Below are positions 15,155 to 27,399 of a DNA stretch of 64,000 nucleotides, piece after piece (the first letter of the stretch is position 1; each line of letters opens with the position of its first letter). The stretch comes from Eledone cirrhosa (lineage: Eukaryota). The notes under the pieces are model-generated. The model searched no databases and was not told the DNA's origin. It worked only from the letters and a program-made list of their open reading frames with translations. The translations under genes and the position numbers were made by a program. Location of the stretch: NCBI GenBank assembly GCA_964016885.1, contig OZ024742.1, positions 325,500,001 through 325,564,000 of the forward strand, read 5' to 3'.

Positions 15155-15163
<9 letters not shown>
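14436..15163. mobile_element. Near-perfect long palindrome: head-to-head HHR-bearing pLTR-like arms between (TA)n arrays
   Basis: 14509-14844 versus 14852-15164, few mismatches, 7-nt spacer; explains the twin 60-aa ORFs. Confidence 0.85.
15051..15107 (+). ncRNA. Type I hammerhead ribozyme (core mutated in this arm, intact CUGAUGA in the opposite arm at 14636-14642)
   Basis: CUUCC CAGAUGA [stem II] GAAACU AAUU AGUU/ GGAG. Confidence 0.6.
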
Positions 15164-15199
<36 letters not shown>

Positions 15200-15326
15200 A
15201 AGTTTTATTTAAATTGTTGGGTTACAACGAGTAAATATTTATAACTGATATAAAAGCACTCAACAAGTATTTGGAGTATATTTACGATATTAAATAAATG
15301 GAAACTATATTTATAAAACCATATTT

Positions 15327-15390
15327 ATTTCATTATATATATTTCAGGGATATCATATTAAAAATATGGTATGCCTTCATCAGACAAAAT
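15327..15390 (-). ncRNA. Hammerhead ribozyme in Naiad 3' pLTR
   Basis: AUUUUGU CUGAUGA AGG..CCU GAAAU AUAU AUA/ AUGAAAU. Confidence 0.75.
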
Positions 15391-15641
15391 ACAATATAAA
15401 CAGTCTTATAAATAGATAGATTTGACATACCTTACAACTTCAACTTCCATTTAAAAAGTTGATTTGGTAGTGAAAAATGTTAGGGACAGTTATAAAAAGA
15501 AAGAAAGAAAGTAAGCGAAGAAAAAGAAGAAATGCATGCAACGCAAAACAGAGAGAGATAGATATAGAGAGATAGATAGAGAGAAGAAATTCATGTAAAG
15601 AAAAAACAGAGAGAGATAGATGGAGAGAGAAAAAAACACAG

Positions 15642-15674
<33 letters not shown>

Positions 15675-16803
15675 AGAGAGAGAGAGAAAAAATAGAGAGA
15701 GATAGATATAGATAGAGATAGAGAGAAAGAAAATAGGTAGTTGGGCACCAGTTGAATGACGTATCAATGATATATTTATTTATTTATTTATTTATTTCTA
15801 GTATTAAGGTAGAGAGAGATATATGTGGTTAGGAGAGAAAACAGCCGTTACATAGAGAGAAAAGAAAAATATCCAGAGATAAACGAGGCAGATTTAAAAC
15901 ATTATGTTTCATCAATCTAAAAATATCAATTCGTATGAATTAGGTATTATAATGTAAATATCAGTATTCATGAATGAGACACGTATCAATAATGTGTGAA
16001 AAATAATGATCATATGTCTAGTTTAAAATTCCTAGGTTTATAAACAGAACTGAGATTAAAAAAAATGAGATAAAAGACTGAGATAAAAAAAACTGAGATA
16101 AAAAACTTTAAAAAAAATTGAAATACATAAGTATATATGCACTTTCATGAAAAAAGAAAAAGAAAATAGAAGGTTATCCCAGATTCGATACTATAGACTT
16201 CCATGTGAATTTACGTGATCAACTCTGCAAATTCCTATTTCACATGAAAACATTCTCATTGTGCTATAAAAATTCTAGTATACATATATGTGTACATACA
16301 CACAAATATATATAGAATCTACATTGATTTTAACAATACTATTCTTGTCTTTACTCTACATGATTATCGTTCAAGCATAAATAGACAACAGATATCAATA
16401 TATCAATAAAAATATTTAAAAAAAAAAAAATATTAAAAAATTAAAAATATTAAAAATAAAACACGATATGCCCCGCAAATCAACCACAGAAATCAACCCT
16501 TCAAAATTAATTGACAATATATTGCCAAGTTCATTATAAGCATCAGAATCAAAAGCAAACAAAACCAAAATTATTTACCAAATCCTGTCTAGCAGAAATC
16601 ATTCCAAAAGTTTAGGATACCCATTTGATCTACAGATGGGCTTATATTTATTATAGAAGTTTATCTAGTGTAAAATTTATTCGATATATTTGGAGCATCA
16701 GCTTTTAGGGTAGTTTAATTATTCATGAAGAATGTTTAAAAAAAAGAAATCGAAAGATTTATCGGCGAGTTTCATAAATAATTATAAATCATAAGTAAAT
16801 ATA

Positions 16804-19035
16804 CTACATTTTAAATTTATATTTATATTTAAAAGTTGAGTTCAATCTATGTCTGCAGCAACTGAATAAATTTGTCCGTAAATTAAGGGAATTTTTAGAT
16901 TTTAGTATAAAGAATATCTCCTCCGCGCAGAGGTCACATGTCTCAGAAGATGAATTAAAAGGAATCCCTCTTGAGACTATATTCCAAGCCGTCGAATATC
17001 CAACGTTATCATGCTTAAGTTGCCAGAGTAAGCCTGATAGTGATGTTGAAGATTTTTTGATTGGATCTGTGAAAGAATTCGTGTGGTTATTATAGCGAAG
17101 TTTAAATTCTGTCGAGGTGGAACCAACATAGTTAAAAAAATTTAAGTCCGTTTTAACATTACAGTTGTATATTATATTTTTAACTAAGCAATTGTTATTT
17201 AACGGACATTTAGATCTATCTCTACAGTTACATTTGTTTACTTGGATATTATTTATGCTATTATCGGTATTTTGGCTAGGTTTTAAATTCCTATTATTTA
17301 TTCTATTAATATTTTGTGCTAAATTTTTGGTGGATGAGTAAGTTAATTTTATAGTATGTCTATTGAAAATTGAGTGATACTTATGTGTTCTAGGGAAGCG
17401 ATTATCAAGAGCACAAAAAAATAGTTTAGCGATGTGGGTTTTAATGTTTAGTGAGAAAGGGGGGCAAACCATATTATATTCCTAGTTCTAATTCTTTTTT
17501 GGCTTTTGGAATGATTGTAATGCTTTCTATTATAGTTGTTAAAGTTGTTGCCGTAATTAAAATTGTTGTTATTTTGGTTAGTTTGTCTATTATTATCTAT
17601 GTACATAATTTTATCACTATATCCTGCTCTAGCTAACGCTTCATTGTAATACTGGGCTTTTTCGTCGAAAATCTTTTTATTAGATGAGATTCTAGAGATA
17701 CGTTTTTGAACAGAGTTCACTATAGTATTTTTAACAGATCTGGGGTGGTTAGAGTTAAAACTGACATAGTTTAAGTTTTCATTCAACTTGTGAAATGGAT
17801 AGTGAAGACATGTGTTGAGATTTAATGTTACATCTAGGAAATTGACTATTCTATGGTTATTCTCAATTTCTATTTTTAGATTAAATTAATTAAAAAATTG
17901 TGTAATTTGTTTTCTGTTTCTATTTAGTTCAGAGTTATTATTTTCAATAAGTAAAAGCATGTCATCTCTATATAAACCTCCGGTAGCACCGGGTATTTTC
18001 CTATGCAGCGAATTGATTATAAATAGGCCCACAAGGTCAGTTACCTGAGCTGAGTCGGATGATCCCATAGTAATGTCGAAATTGTTATCTCTATCTGCTC
18101 TGTTGGTTATTAAATTCTATCAATGTTTTCCTAGCCGATAATATAATGTGCATTTCATTGCTAGATAGGTCTGTATGTTTGAATGCGTAATTTAGTGCCT
18201 TATTTAGTAGATTAGGGGTAATAGATGAATAATAGTTAGCAATATCTAGTTGAATAAATTTATTATTATTGTTATATTTAATTTCTTTAAACCACTCAAT
18301 AACCTCTCCAGTTCCCTTCCACAAGCTCAAGTTAGGTAAGCAATTCAAGTTTTTAATTTGCTGTATCACCCTGTCTAGAATGTTTTTGCTAAGTTTACCC
18401 AGGTCAGATTTTGATGGTGCAATCAATCTGACTGGCAGGTCATTTTCAAAATTTCTTTTGTGATCTTTCATATTGATCTTCGGTTTCCTGGGCACGAAAG
18501 GTTGTGTTTTGTTCTCAATTTCCAACTCATGCATTATACAAGATGCCTCAACATTCATTTTCTCAAGGTCGGCCTTATCTGCTACCTTATACTTTTTCCT
18601 TAGTTCTTTCAGTATGAGGCCATTATACAGGTCTTTTTGCACTCCATAGAGGTTGTTGGTCTTGTCAGATTTCACCAAGATCTTCTCAGTTTTCTCTAAG
18701 CTCTCAATATTATCCTTAATGCCTTTCAGATATTCCTGGCCTTTGAAGTTTCTCTTGAATTTGACTCCTTGTATGATAGAAATTATATCGTTTTCAAAGT
18801 CAAATAAAAGTTTGTTGGGGGGTGGATTTTTTTTAGATTTGAAAACTTTGTCTAAGTCCGAGACATTTTCATTTATATTAGATTTATCAAAGTGGAATGC
18901 ACGCCACCTGATTCTCCTTATAAAAGAGTCCTATTTATCTATTAATTGTTTAATAAAGTCTTTGTTTCTAGGTAGAGGTATGTCTTTTAAAGAGGAAGAA
19001 ATCTTAAATAATTCTATTTTTTCAGTTATAATATA
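16804..19035 (-). pseudogene. Naiad-type PLE reverse transcriptase / GIY-YIG endonuclease polyprotein, disrupted by stops and frameshifts
   Basis: SLKDIPLP, IRRIRWRAF, KSDKTNNLY, RLIAPSKSDLGK, QLDIANYYSSI, FDITMGS, GLYRDDML, NFLDVTLNL, SNHP, CNCR..CPL..CL, YVGSTSTEFKLRYNNH, CDLC.EE, CRHR. Confidence 0.93.
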
Positions 19036-19196
19036 AAGCGCTCAACAGTATTGGAGCAAGATATATGTAAAGTTTTATTTAAATTGTTGGGTTACAACGA
19101 GTAAATATTTATAACTGATATAAAAGCACTCAACAAGTATTTGGAGTATATTTACGATATTAAATAAATGGAAACTATATTTATAAAACCATATTT

Positions 19197-19260
19197 ATTT
19201 CATTATATATATTTCAGGGATATAATATTAAAAATATGGTATGCCTTCATCAGACAAAAT
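19197..19260 (-). ncRNA. Hammerhead ribozyme in Naiad 5' pLTR
   Basis: Same motif as 15327-15390. Confidence 0.75.
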
Positions 19261-19504
19261 ACAATATAAACAGTCTTATAAATAGATAGATTTGACATAC
19301 CTTACAACTTCAACTTCCATTTAAAAAGTTGATTTGGTAGTGAAAAATGTTAGGGACATGCATTTCTTCTTTTTCTTCGCTTTCTTTCTTTCTTTCTTTT
19401 TATAACTGTCCCTAACATTTTTCACTACCAAATCAACTTTTTAAATGGAGGTTGAAGTTGTAAGGTATGTCAAATCTATCTATTTATAAGACTGTTTATA
19501 TTGT

Positions 19505-19568
19505 ATTTTGTCTGATGAAGGCATACCATATTTTTAATATTATATCCCTGAAATATATATAATGAAAT
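19505..19568 (+). ncRNA. Hammerhead ribozyme in Naiad inverted pLTR
   Basis: attttgt ctgatga agg..ccct gaaatatatata atgaaat. Confidence 0.75.
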
Positions 19569-19610
19569 AAATATGGTTTTATAAATATAGTTTCCATTTA
19601 TTTAATATCG

Positions 19611-19814
<204 letters not shown>

Positions 19815-20414
19815 CAGTATTTACAAAAGTCACTGATGTTATTTCAGTGATCTACGACCAAGTGAACCTTGATGATATTACTAATCTGAGGGCAATGAAT
19901 TCAGAAATTATTAATTCTTCCCTTTTCATTGTATAGCTGATATAGAGGAGATAAGCTATAACTAAGCTCTCTTGATCTGCTAAGACAATCACGTCTGCTA
20001 ATTTCTTTAGCAAATAACACAATTCTCTTCAAAATATAATTTCCCATTCGACAATCTGGTTTGAGTTATATGGAAGTTAGATTGTTTAATGATGACGTAT
20101 CTTTGATCATAAATGTGATGAATTAGAGATGTAACTGGCTATAAATGACAAAAATAAAATAGTAATTTTAGCAATATCAACAGTGTCCTAAATACTGTTA
20201 AATATATATTTGGCATAATAAGGTTACGTTTTAGTCATAGGTATTTCTCAGATTTGTAGACGTTAATGCTATTTTGAATAACATTTTACATTCAAGTCTT
20301 AATTAACATAATTTGCCGCAAACGAGATTTATCAGATATAACATTTTCAACGAATAACCACGCCAACAGTAAAAGAATAACAATACCTCCAAACAAACAG
20401 CGTTCATAAAGTGA

Positions 20415-20510
20415 ATAATTGTTTCTACTTTTGGCGCAAGTCCACCAATTACCTAGTGCATTACTGGTACTTTATTTTATCGACCCCGTATGATGAAAGG
20501 CAAAGTTAAA
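20415..20510 (-). mobile_element. MetaSINE-type SINE 3' fragment
   Basis: taattgtttctacttttggc..ttactggtactttattttatcgacccc. Confidence 0.8.
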
Positions 20511-20829
20511 GGAAAATATTAACGACTATGTAACATATTTTCAATTCTAAACAGTGATTCCATATTTGCATATAAAGTTTTAGAATTTCTCCCTTCCATA
20601 CCTTCATTTGGTTACTGATTTTAATGTTTATTTATGTATTGACTTATTTATTAGTTTCACTTTTCATTTCTTCAATAATATAATTTATAATTATTCAAAT
20701 CTCTGAGAAAAACTATACTAAATCGTAAATCTATTTCTATGAATGTTTACAGAAAATATTATATAACAATCTTCATGCACAAGGCGGTGGGCGTGATATT
20801 TCTAATTTGGCTTTATTACTTTTTAAGCA

Positions 20830-20947
20830 CTGAGTTCAAATCCCGCCGAGGTTGACTTTGCCTTTCATCCCTTACGGGGTCGATAAAATAAAGTACCAGT
20901 AATGCACTGGGTTATTGCTGGCCTTGTGCCTAAAGTAGAAACAATTA
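20830..20947 (+). mobile_element. 5'-truncated MetaSINE-type SINE with TSD attactttttaagcac
   Basis: Core motif; TSD at ~20815 and ~20944. Confidence 0.88.
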
Positions 20948-21064
20948 CTTTTTAAGCACATTCTTGCACGAATGGCGAATATAGAAGCTGATAACAACAA
21001 AAGCCAAAACATAGCCGAAGAAATAACGGGAAATGCCAATATATCTAAATAGAACCAATAATAA

Positions 21065-21256
21065 TAATTGTTTCTACTTTAGGCACAAGGCCAGCAATTA
21101 TTCCAGTTCATTACTAGTACTTTATTTTATCGACCCCGTAAGGATGAAAGGCAAAATTAACCTCGGCGGGATTTGAACTCAGATCATAAAGGGACGTAAC
21201 TATGCTGGAAAGCATGGCGTCCGACCCTCTACCGATACTACCAATCCACCGCCCTA
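21065..21256 (-). mobile_element. Full-length MetaSINE-type SINE with TSD agaaccaataataataat
   Basis: Core, boxes A/B; TSD at 21051 and 21257. Confidence 0.9.
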
Positions 21257-21328
21257 AGAACCAATAATAATAATGTTGATAAAATAATAATCTTGCTTCT
21301 ACTGTTGCTGTTGCTGCTGCTGCTACTG

Positions 21329-21378
<50 letters not shown>

Positions 21379-21438
21379 GCTACTACTACTACTAATACTA
21401 TTACTACTACTACTACTACTAATAATAATAATATTAAT

Positions 21439-22020
21439 GAGCAGGGTGATCCACTGGCACTTATGCAAAGTAAACAATTTACCACATTCTGAGAAGTGGT
21501 ATGAGCATAAGCCAGAGTCGGTGATAGAAAACGATCAGGTGAAGGTGCTGTGAGATTTTAGGATACAGACGGACAAGAAACTGGAACACAATAGACCTGA
21601 CCTGGTGGTTTTGGACAAGGAGAAAAGATCGTGCCTGATTGTGGATGTGGCCTGCCCATTCGACACGAGAGTGCAAGAGAAGGAAAGGGAGAAAATTAAC
21701 CGATACCAGGACTTAAAGTGGGAGGTAAAAAGGATTTGGAACTGCCATGAAGTCAAAGTGATCCCGATTGTCATAGGCGCACTAGGTACTATCTCGAAAA
21801 GTTTCCAGGGATGATTAAAGAAAATTGGCCCCGCCACGCTTTTTAGAACGATTCAAAAGCATGCTTGCTGGGAACAGCAAGAACTCTCCGATACGTTCTG
21901 AATATCTGAGGCTGCAGGTAGTGGCTTGATATTCATTTCAACAAACTTTCCAGTTAACTAACATCAATGACTGAGACTCAAAGAACAATAAATGAATAAA
22001 AGAATGTATAAATAAATAAT
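21439..22020 (+). pseudogene. R4/Dong-clade LINE 3' end: restriction-like endonuclease domain and 3' UTR
   Basis: IHWHLC..KWYEHKPESVIEN..DFRIQTD..NRPDLVVLDK..IVDVACPFD..KEREKINRYQDLK..VIPIVIGALG..LLGTARTLR; preceded by (CTA)n(TAA)n. Confidence 0.92.
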
Positions 22021-22446
22021 GTAAAGATTATATAATATGAACACATTTATATATGTTTAGGTATAATGAGCTTTAAACATACCAATACTGTAACATACCT
22101 GAATTGAACGACAAACATGCAAAAAATCAGAGAAGCAAATAAACAAAGCAATAAGAATAAAATAAAATACATCAACAACAAAACATAACATAAATACTAA
22201 ATGAAAAGATCGCAATATTCAAATCATATTAGTTTATTAAATTCTCAAAGCAAATTACAGCAAGAAACATGACAATTTTAATGATATTTCAAATAAAACT
22301 AATTAGTTATATTTTCTTTCTGATTATTTGTTCCTTTTCCTTCGGACGTTTATAGTATAAAATATATAGGAATTTATACGAGATATAGTGAGAAAAATGA
22401 GAGTAGAATGATAAAGCCGGGTATAAATTGATTCAAACCGATTATA

Positions 22447-22477
<31 letters not shown>

Positions 22478-24462
22478 GAGGGTGTTAAAGTTTCCTTGAA
22501 GCATTGTGAAATGTGTAAAATACGTAGTTTAGAAAGCCACAACAATGCAGAGGGAAATCTCGAGGTAGGAAGTAAATGATAGATAGGAGAAATAGGAGAA
22601 AGTGAAAATTGAGAGAGACAAAGATGAAAACAAAACAAAGGTAGAAGGGTTACCGTAGTGGAGATTTAATCCCAATATTTCGGGCTCACGCCCATCAACG
22701 GGGGAACGTTCCAAAAGGGGGGGAACAGGCTAAGCGGAGAAAGTTGTGATGTCGTTAAAACAGGAATGCCGTTATGGGGAGAAAATTATGTAAAATTTAA
22801 ATGAGGGAAAGAATGCGCGTGCGCGTGATAGGCTGTGGCAAAAGCTACTGACCAAATGGGTTAAATCAAGAGGGTGCGCTAGCGTGTGAAAGCCGTAAAA
22901 TATGTGTGTGTAAATATATATGTGTGTGTAACTGTGTGTGTATATGTGTAAGTGTGTATATGTGTGAGTGTGTGTGTGTCTGAAAGATAGTGGGCTGTAG
23001 AAGCTGGAAATCAAAAGGTGTGAAAGGTGGTAGGTTGTAAAACATGTGTGCGTGTATAAATATAGATGTGTGTGTGTAAGCGTATGGGTATACATGTGTG
23101 TGTAACTGTGTGTGTATATGTGTGAGTGCGTGTGTGTGTGAAAGATAGTGGGCTGTAGAAGCTGGAAATCAGAAACTTAAATAAAAGCAGGTGCTTCTTT
23201 AAAATCCCCCACCTGAATGAATATACCACGAACGCCATCCGCAGGGCCATACGGACGGAGGGACTTGACATACATTTGGCCCACACAGGACCTTCGCTGC
23301 GAAGATGCCTCTCCAACAAACCCGACGAGTCAGATGGGACGTGTTCCCTCAGCAACTGCCCGATACGGGGGGCAGATTGCCTACGCACCTATGTCGTATA
23401 TAAGATTCAATGCGATAAATGTAACAAGTTTTACATAGGTAGCACCATCCGACCCCTACATGTTCGTATCAAGGAACATATCAACACCAACGCATCTTCC
23501 TTCCGTAAACACATCCTTAAATGCGGAAACCCACAGGGTAGACCCTTGGTCACAGTCCTAGCGACTGAACGCAGCATCGGATCCTTAAGGATAAAGGAAG
23601 CACTTGTTATTAAGAACCTCAGACCCCCACTTAACAACCGGGCTGAGAGAAATGAGCTGACATGGCTAACTTAACCATAGTGACCATTCACAGCCCTTAC
23701 GGCCTGCTATTTTCACACACACGCACGTATATGCATACCCATACGCATACACACACACATCTATATTTATACACGCACACATGTTTTTACAACCTACCAC
23801 CTTTCACACCCTTTGATTTCCAGCTTCTACAGCCCACTATCTTTCACACACACACGCACTCACACATATACACACACAGTTACACACACATGTATACCCA
23901 TACGCTTACACACACACATCTATATTTATACACGCACACATGTTTTACAACCTACCACCTTTCATACCCTTTGATTTCCAGCTTCTACAGCCCACTATCT
24001 TTCACACACACACACACTCACACATATACACACTTACACATATACACACACAGTTACACACACATATATATTTACACACACATATTTTACGGCTTTCACA
24101 CGCTAGCGCACCCTCTTGATTTAACCCATTTGGTCAGTAGCTTTTGCCACAGCCTATCACGCGCACGCGCATTCTTTCCCTCATTTAAATTTTAAATAAT
24201 TTTCTCCCCATAACGGCATTCCTGTTTTAACGACATCACAACTTTCTCCGCTTAGCCTGTTCCCCCCCTTTTGGAACTTTCCCCCGTTGATGGGCGTGAG
24301 CCCGAAATATTGGGATTAAATCTCCACTACGGTAACCCTTCTACCTTTGTTTTGTTTTCATCTTTGTCTCTCTCAATTTTCACTTTCTCTTATTTCTCCT
24401 ATCTATCATTCACTTCCTACCTCGAGATTTCCCTCTGCATTGTTGTGGCTTTCTAAACTACG

Positions 24463-24468
<6 letters not shown>
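22478..24468. mobile_element. Young 5'-truncated PLE (+, 23172-24468) with ~660-bp inverted copy of its 3' UTR (22478-23171), in (TA)n
   Basis: 22515-23171 is the near-perfect reverse complement of 23812-24468; ~160-bp CA-rich tandem units in the UTR. Confidence 0.92.
23174..23674 (+). CDS. PLE GIY-YIG endonuclease, 5'-truncated but uninterrupted
   Basis: FFKIPHL..CSLSNCPI..CLRTYVVYKIQCDKCNKFYIGSTIRPLHVRIKEH..RIKEALVIKNLRPPLN. Confidence 0.9.
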   Translation, partial: NLNKSRCFFKIPHLNEYTTNAIRRAIRTEGLDIHLAHTGPSLRRCLSNKPDESDGTCSLSNCPIRGADCLRTYVVYKIQCDKCNKFYIGSTIRPLHVRIKEHINTNASSFRKHILKCGNPQGRPLVTVLATERSIGSLRIKEALVIKNLRPPLNNRAERNELTWLT

Positions 24469-24506
<38 letters not shown>

Positions 24507-24807
24507 ATCTACATATGTAAGCACACACACAGTAACACACACACACACACACACAAAACACACATATATATATATTTATATGTGTGTGTGTGTGTATATA
24601 TGTGTGTTTGTGTACATGTGTTTGTATATACGTGTGTGTATATGTATGTGTGTGTGTATGATGTATGTGTGTGTGTGCGTGTGTGTGTCTGTGTGTGTGT
24701 ATGGAATAATTAATCAGAAATACCAAACCAAACGACACAGTACAATGAACGAATATATTAGAACGAATATATTAACGCTTTAAATAAAAGGAAGCACGTT
24801 TTACATT

Positions 24808-25170
24808 GCTCCAATTATTGAGGGATCTCTGTTTTAATCTTCTACGGAAAAGTCTCTGTTAAGTGTCTGGCAAAGAGATGTGGGGCGATTGTCGATTCCA
24901 AGCTATCTGATGAACAGTGTCGTTTATCCCCGGACGAAACCCAGCCAACGAAATATTCACAGTACGGCTGGTTTTGAGAAATCGTGGGAGGTGTATTCTT
25001 GCGTTTAGATGTCTAAAAACAGGTGTTTATCGAGCGCCACTTAAGCCTCAATATCATTTGATCTAAGTCCTATTACGTTTGTTTTGATAGAAGCAGGGGA
25101 AAATTGTTGGCGTAAAATGCTATCAGATCTGTGAATATCGGAGTATTCGGGGAGTTGGGACCATTCAGTG
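24808..25170 (+). pseudogene. RTE-clade LINE RT fragment
   Basis: NY*GISV..GKV..IVDSKLSDEQC..PGR..EIFTVRL..EKSWE. Confidence 0.65.
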
Positions 25171-25493
25171 CTCTCTATCACCATATTCCTCTTTTGTGTG
25201 ATGTATATTAATCAAACTTTAAGTTTCAAAAGCCCTACCAGAAATAGAGGCCGTAAGTGATATATGTACGGGTGCGTGTGTCTGTGATTTTTGCGCTGCG
25301 TTCACACACAAATCTCGATAGAACAAATATTAGTAATAGAATGCATAAGAATTGGATCCGATAGTATCGCCTAACGCCGTATATAAATGTATATATATAT
25401 ATAGCAACATGAATGGACATGCTATTTTTCTCTAAAACAATTTTTCTCCTATTTCGCTCCACCCGTCCCTTCAATCGTTCTAATTTCTCATTC

Positions 25494-25532
25494 ATCTTTT
25501 TGATGAAGGACTAGCATCCGAAACGTTAAGAT
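25494..25532 (+). ncRNA. Minimal HHR-like motif in a PLE pLTR remnant (same family as 8590)
   Basis: AUCUU UUGAUGA A GGA cuagca UCC GAAACGUU AAGAU; self-complementary AACGUU stem III. Confidence 0.5.
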
Positions 25533-25679
25533 CATATTCCTGCTATTTCAAGCGTTAACCAAATAGATTCCTTCCATATACTGTGGCAGATTCTGTTGTA
25601 ATTTATGTTTACTTACATATATGTATATATATATGTGTGTGTAGGTATATATATATGTAGGTATATATATATATATATA

Positions 25680-26212
25680 AACATAAGATAATTATTTCAT
25701 TTCCCAGTGGTTTCTTGAAAGCAAACAACATTTGCTTTCAGTCATCAGAATGAAAAAATCCTGGTGTATTTATTGACAGTGGATTTTAAAAACAAAAATA
25801 TAACCTATATGTGGTATATTTTTGATTGAATAATCCAATTCATAAAGGTCCATGGTGTATGTTGGTTAAATTCCTGAAAACTGTAGAGTGCTCAACTAAT
25901 CGGGCTGGAAAGTGGCAATCATATATATAATATAGAATATGCTTTAATCAATCCCGGTTGGATCTGTATAAATGAATTAATTCCGTCGGAAAGGTCCAGG
26001 AAAAAAGAGTGCTTAATGTAGGTTACAGAGCTTATTAGTTATGTAATAAACAACATTTGAGATAATTATTTCATTTACCAGTGGTTTCTTGAAAGCAAAC
26101 ACAATTTGCTTTCAGTGAAAAAAAAATCCTGGTGTATTTATTGACAGTGGATTTTAAAAACAAAAATATAATCTATATGAGGTATATTGTTTATTACATA
26201 ACTAATAAGCTC
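25680..26212 (-). mobile_element. Partial tandem non-coding element, 374-bp period, one HHR per unit (retrozyme-like, decayed)
   Basis: 25687-25820 repeats at 26061-26188; CAUU CUGAUGA C UGAAAGCAAA..UUUGCUUUCA A GAAACC ACU GG; short inverted tail 26190-26214. Confidence 0.7.
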
Positions 26213-26810
26213 TGCCCAATTATGTATGTGAGTATAGGTTGTCTTTTTGTCTACTTGGTAAACCTCTTTAATGGCTAAAATGCTGGTTTCCATATATTCT
26301 AGTTTACATCAAAATAGCTATACACTTTAACAGAAATACGAGTAATAAATCATCTTGTCTACCCTGTTTCTGTGAGATATGCATCGTAAATTACATTCTA
26401 ATGCAACATTTGTAAATATTTCTTTTCTTGAAATTCGTTTAATGATAATTTAGTGATGTGTCAACACTTCGAAAATTGTTGAAACTGCCTGTTGAAAATT
26501 TATTCGAGATTGTAGAAAACGGAATGTTTAAGTGGCAAAGGTCAAAGCGAATGTTAATGTCACCTTTCAATATTACTAAACATCTTCGTATTTAATAGAG
26601 TTAGTTTATATAAATAGAAAATCATTTGAGACTAAAATTACGAAATGTAAATTTAGCATTTGCTGATTTTATTTGCTGATTTTATTCTCTTACTGTTTTC
26701 AAGCGGTTGAATGTGACCTTGTATTTATAGTTTGTTTATAACAATACCAGGACGTATTTCTTTCCCTGTCTCTTTTCTGTATAAGCACGTGTGGAATAAA
26801 TTATTTTGTC

Positions 26811-26875
<65 letters not shown>

Positions 26876-26879
<4 letters not shown>

Positions 26880-27314
26880 TTAACAAGAATCAAAGCTATG
26901 TTCAAAGTATTTATTCACTTACAATTGTTTCATCCCAACCTGGGCTTGAAGTCTTCCGAGCATTTTTCAATGTTTGTACACATAATTGACCTCCTTTCCA
27001 ACGCAAGAGACATACATATACACATATATATATATTGATGTACAGTGGAGGGACATATATTATACTATATTATTTCTGTATAGGATTTCTGTATATCTGG
27101 ATGAAACAATTGTAAGTGAATAACTGCTTTGAACATAGCTTTGATTCTTGTGAATTCTATATAACTGCTCTGTAGAACAACTGATGTTATTACATTGAGC
27201 TATTTATCTTACTGGTAATAAGGTAGTAATAAATTACTGACCTTTACTGTTTATGGTTTAAAATATACATAACTATAAAAGGTTTTAGTATATACATAGC
27301 CATATATAGTATCT

Positions 27315-27320
<6 letters not shown>
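26876..27320. mobile_element. Asymmetric inverted pLTR-like pair with HHR 3' half GAAAC-AATT-GTA
   Basis: 26878-26935 versus reverse complement of 27098-27157; between TA/GA arrays. Confidence 0.65.
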
Positions 27321-27348
<28 letters not shown>

Positions 27349-27399
27349 TTCGTTTCTGAATTTGTTTTATTCTTTATCTGAAAACGTGTCTTGAAACCG

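Larger units (their letters stand above)
15197..19610 (-). mobile_element. Near full-length Naiad-type PLE with direct pLTRs (15197-15488, 19067-19358) and an inverted pLTR (19359-19610), inserted in (TA)n
   Basis: RT + GIY-YIG ORF remnants, ~290-bp near-identical direct repeats, inverted third copy, TA arrays on both flanks. Confidence 0.93.

Noticed and set aside
16804-19035. Selenocysteine recoding, known from some Naiads
   Set aside because: Internal stops seen are TAG/TAA or frameshift-linked; conserved Cys positions are ordinary Cys codons
21551-21814. Two TGA codons at conserved Trp positions in the R4/Dong fragment, suggesting an alternative code
   Set aside because: Other Trp residues use TGG; simple G-to-A decay explains them
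24908-24940. ctgatga...gaaac resembling a hammerhead
   Set aside because: No stem II or cleavage site; it is RTE RT coding sequence (SDEQC..PGR)
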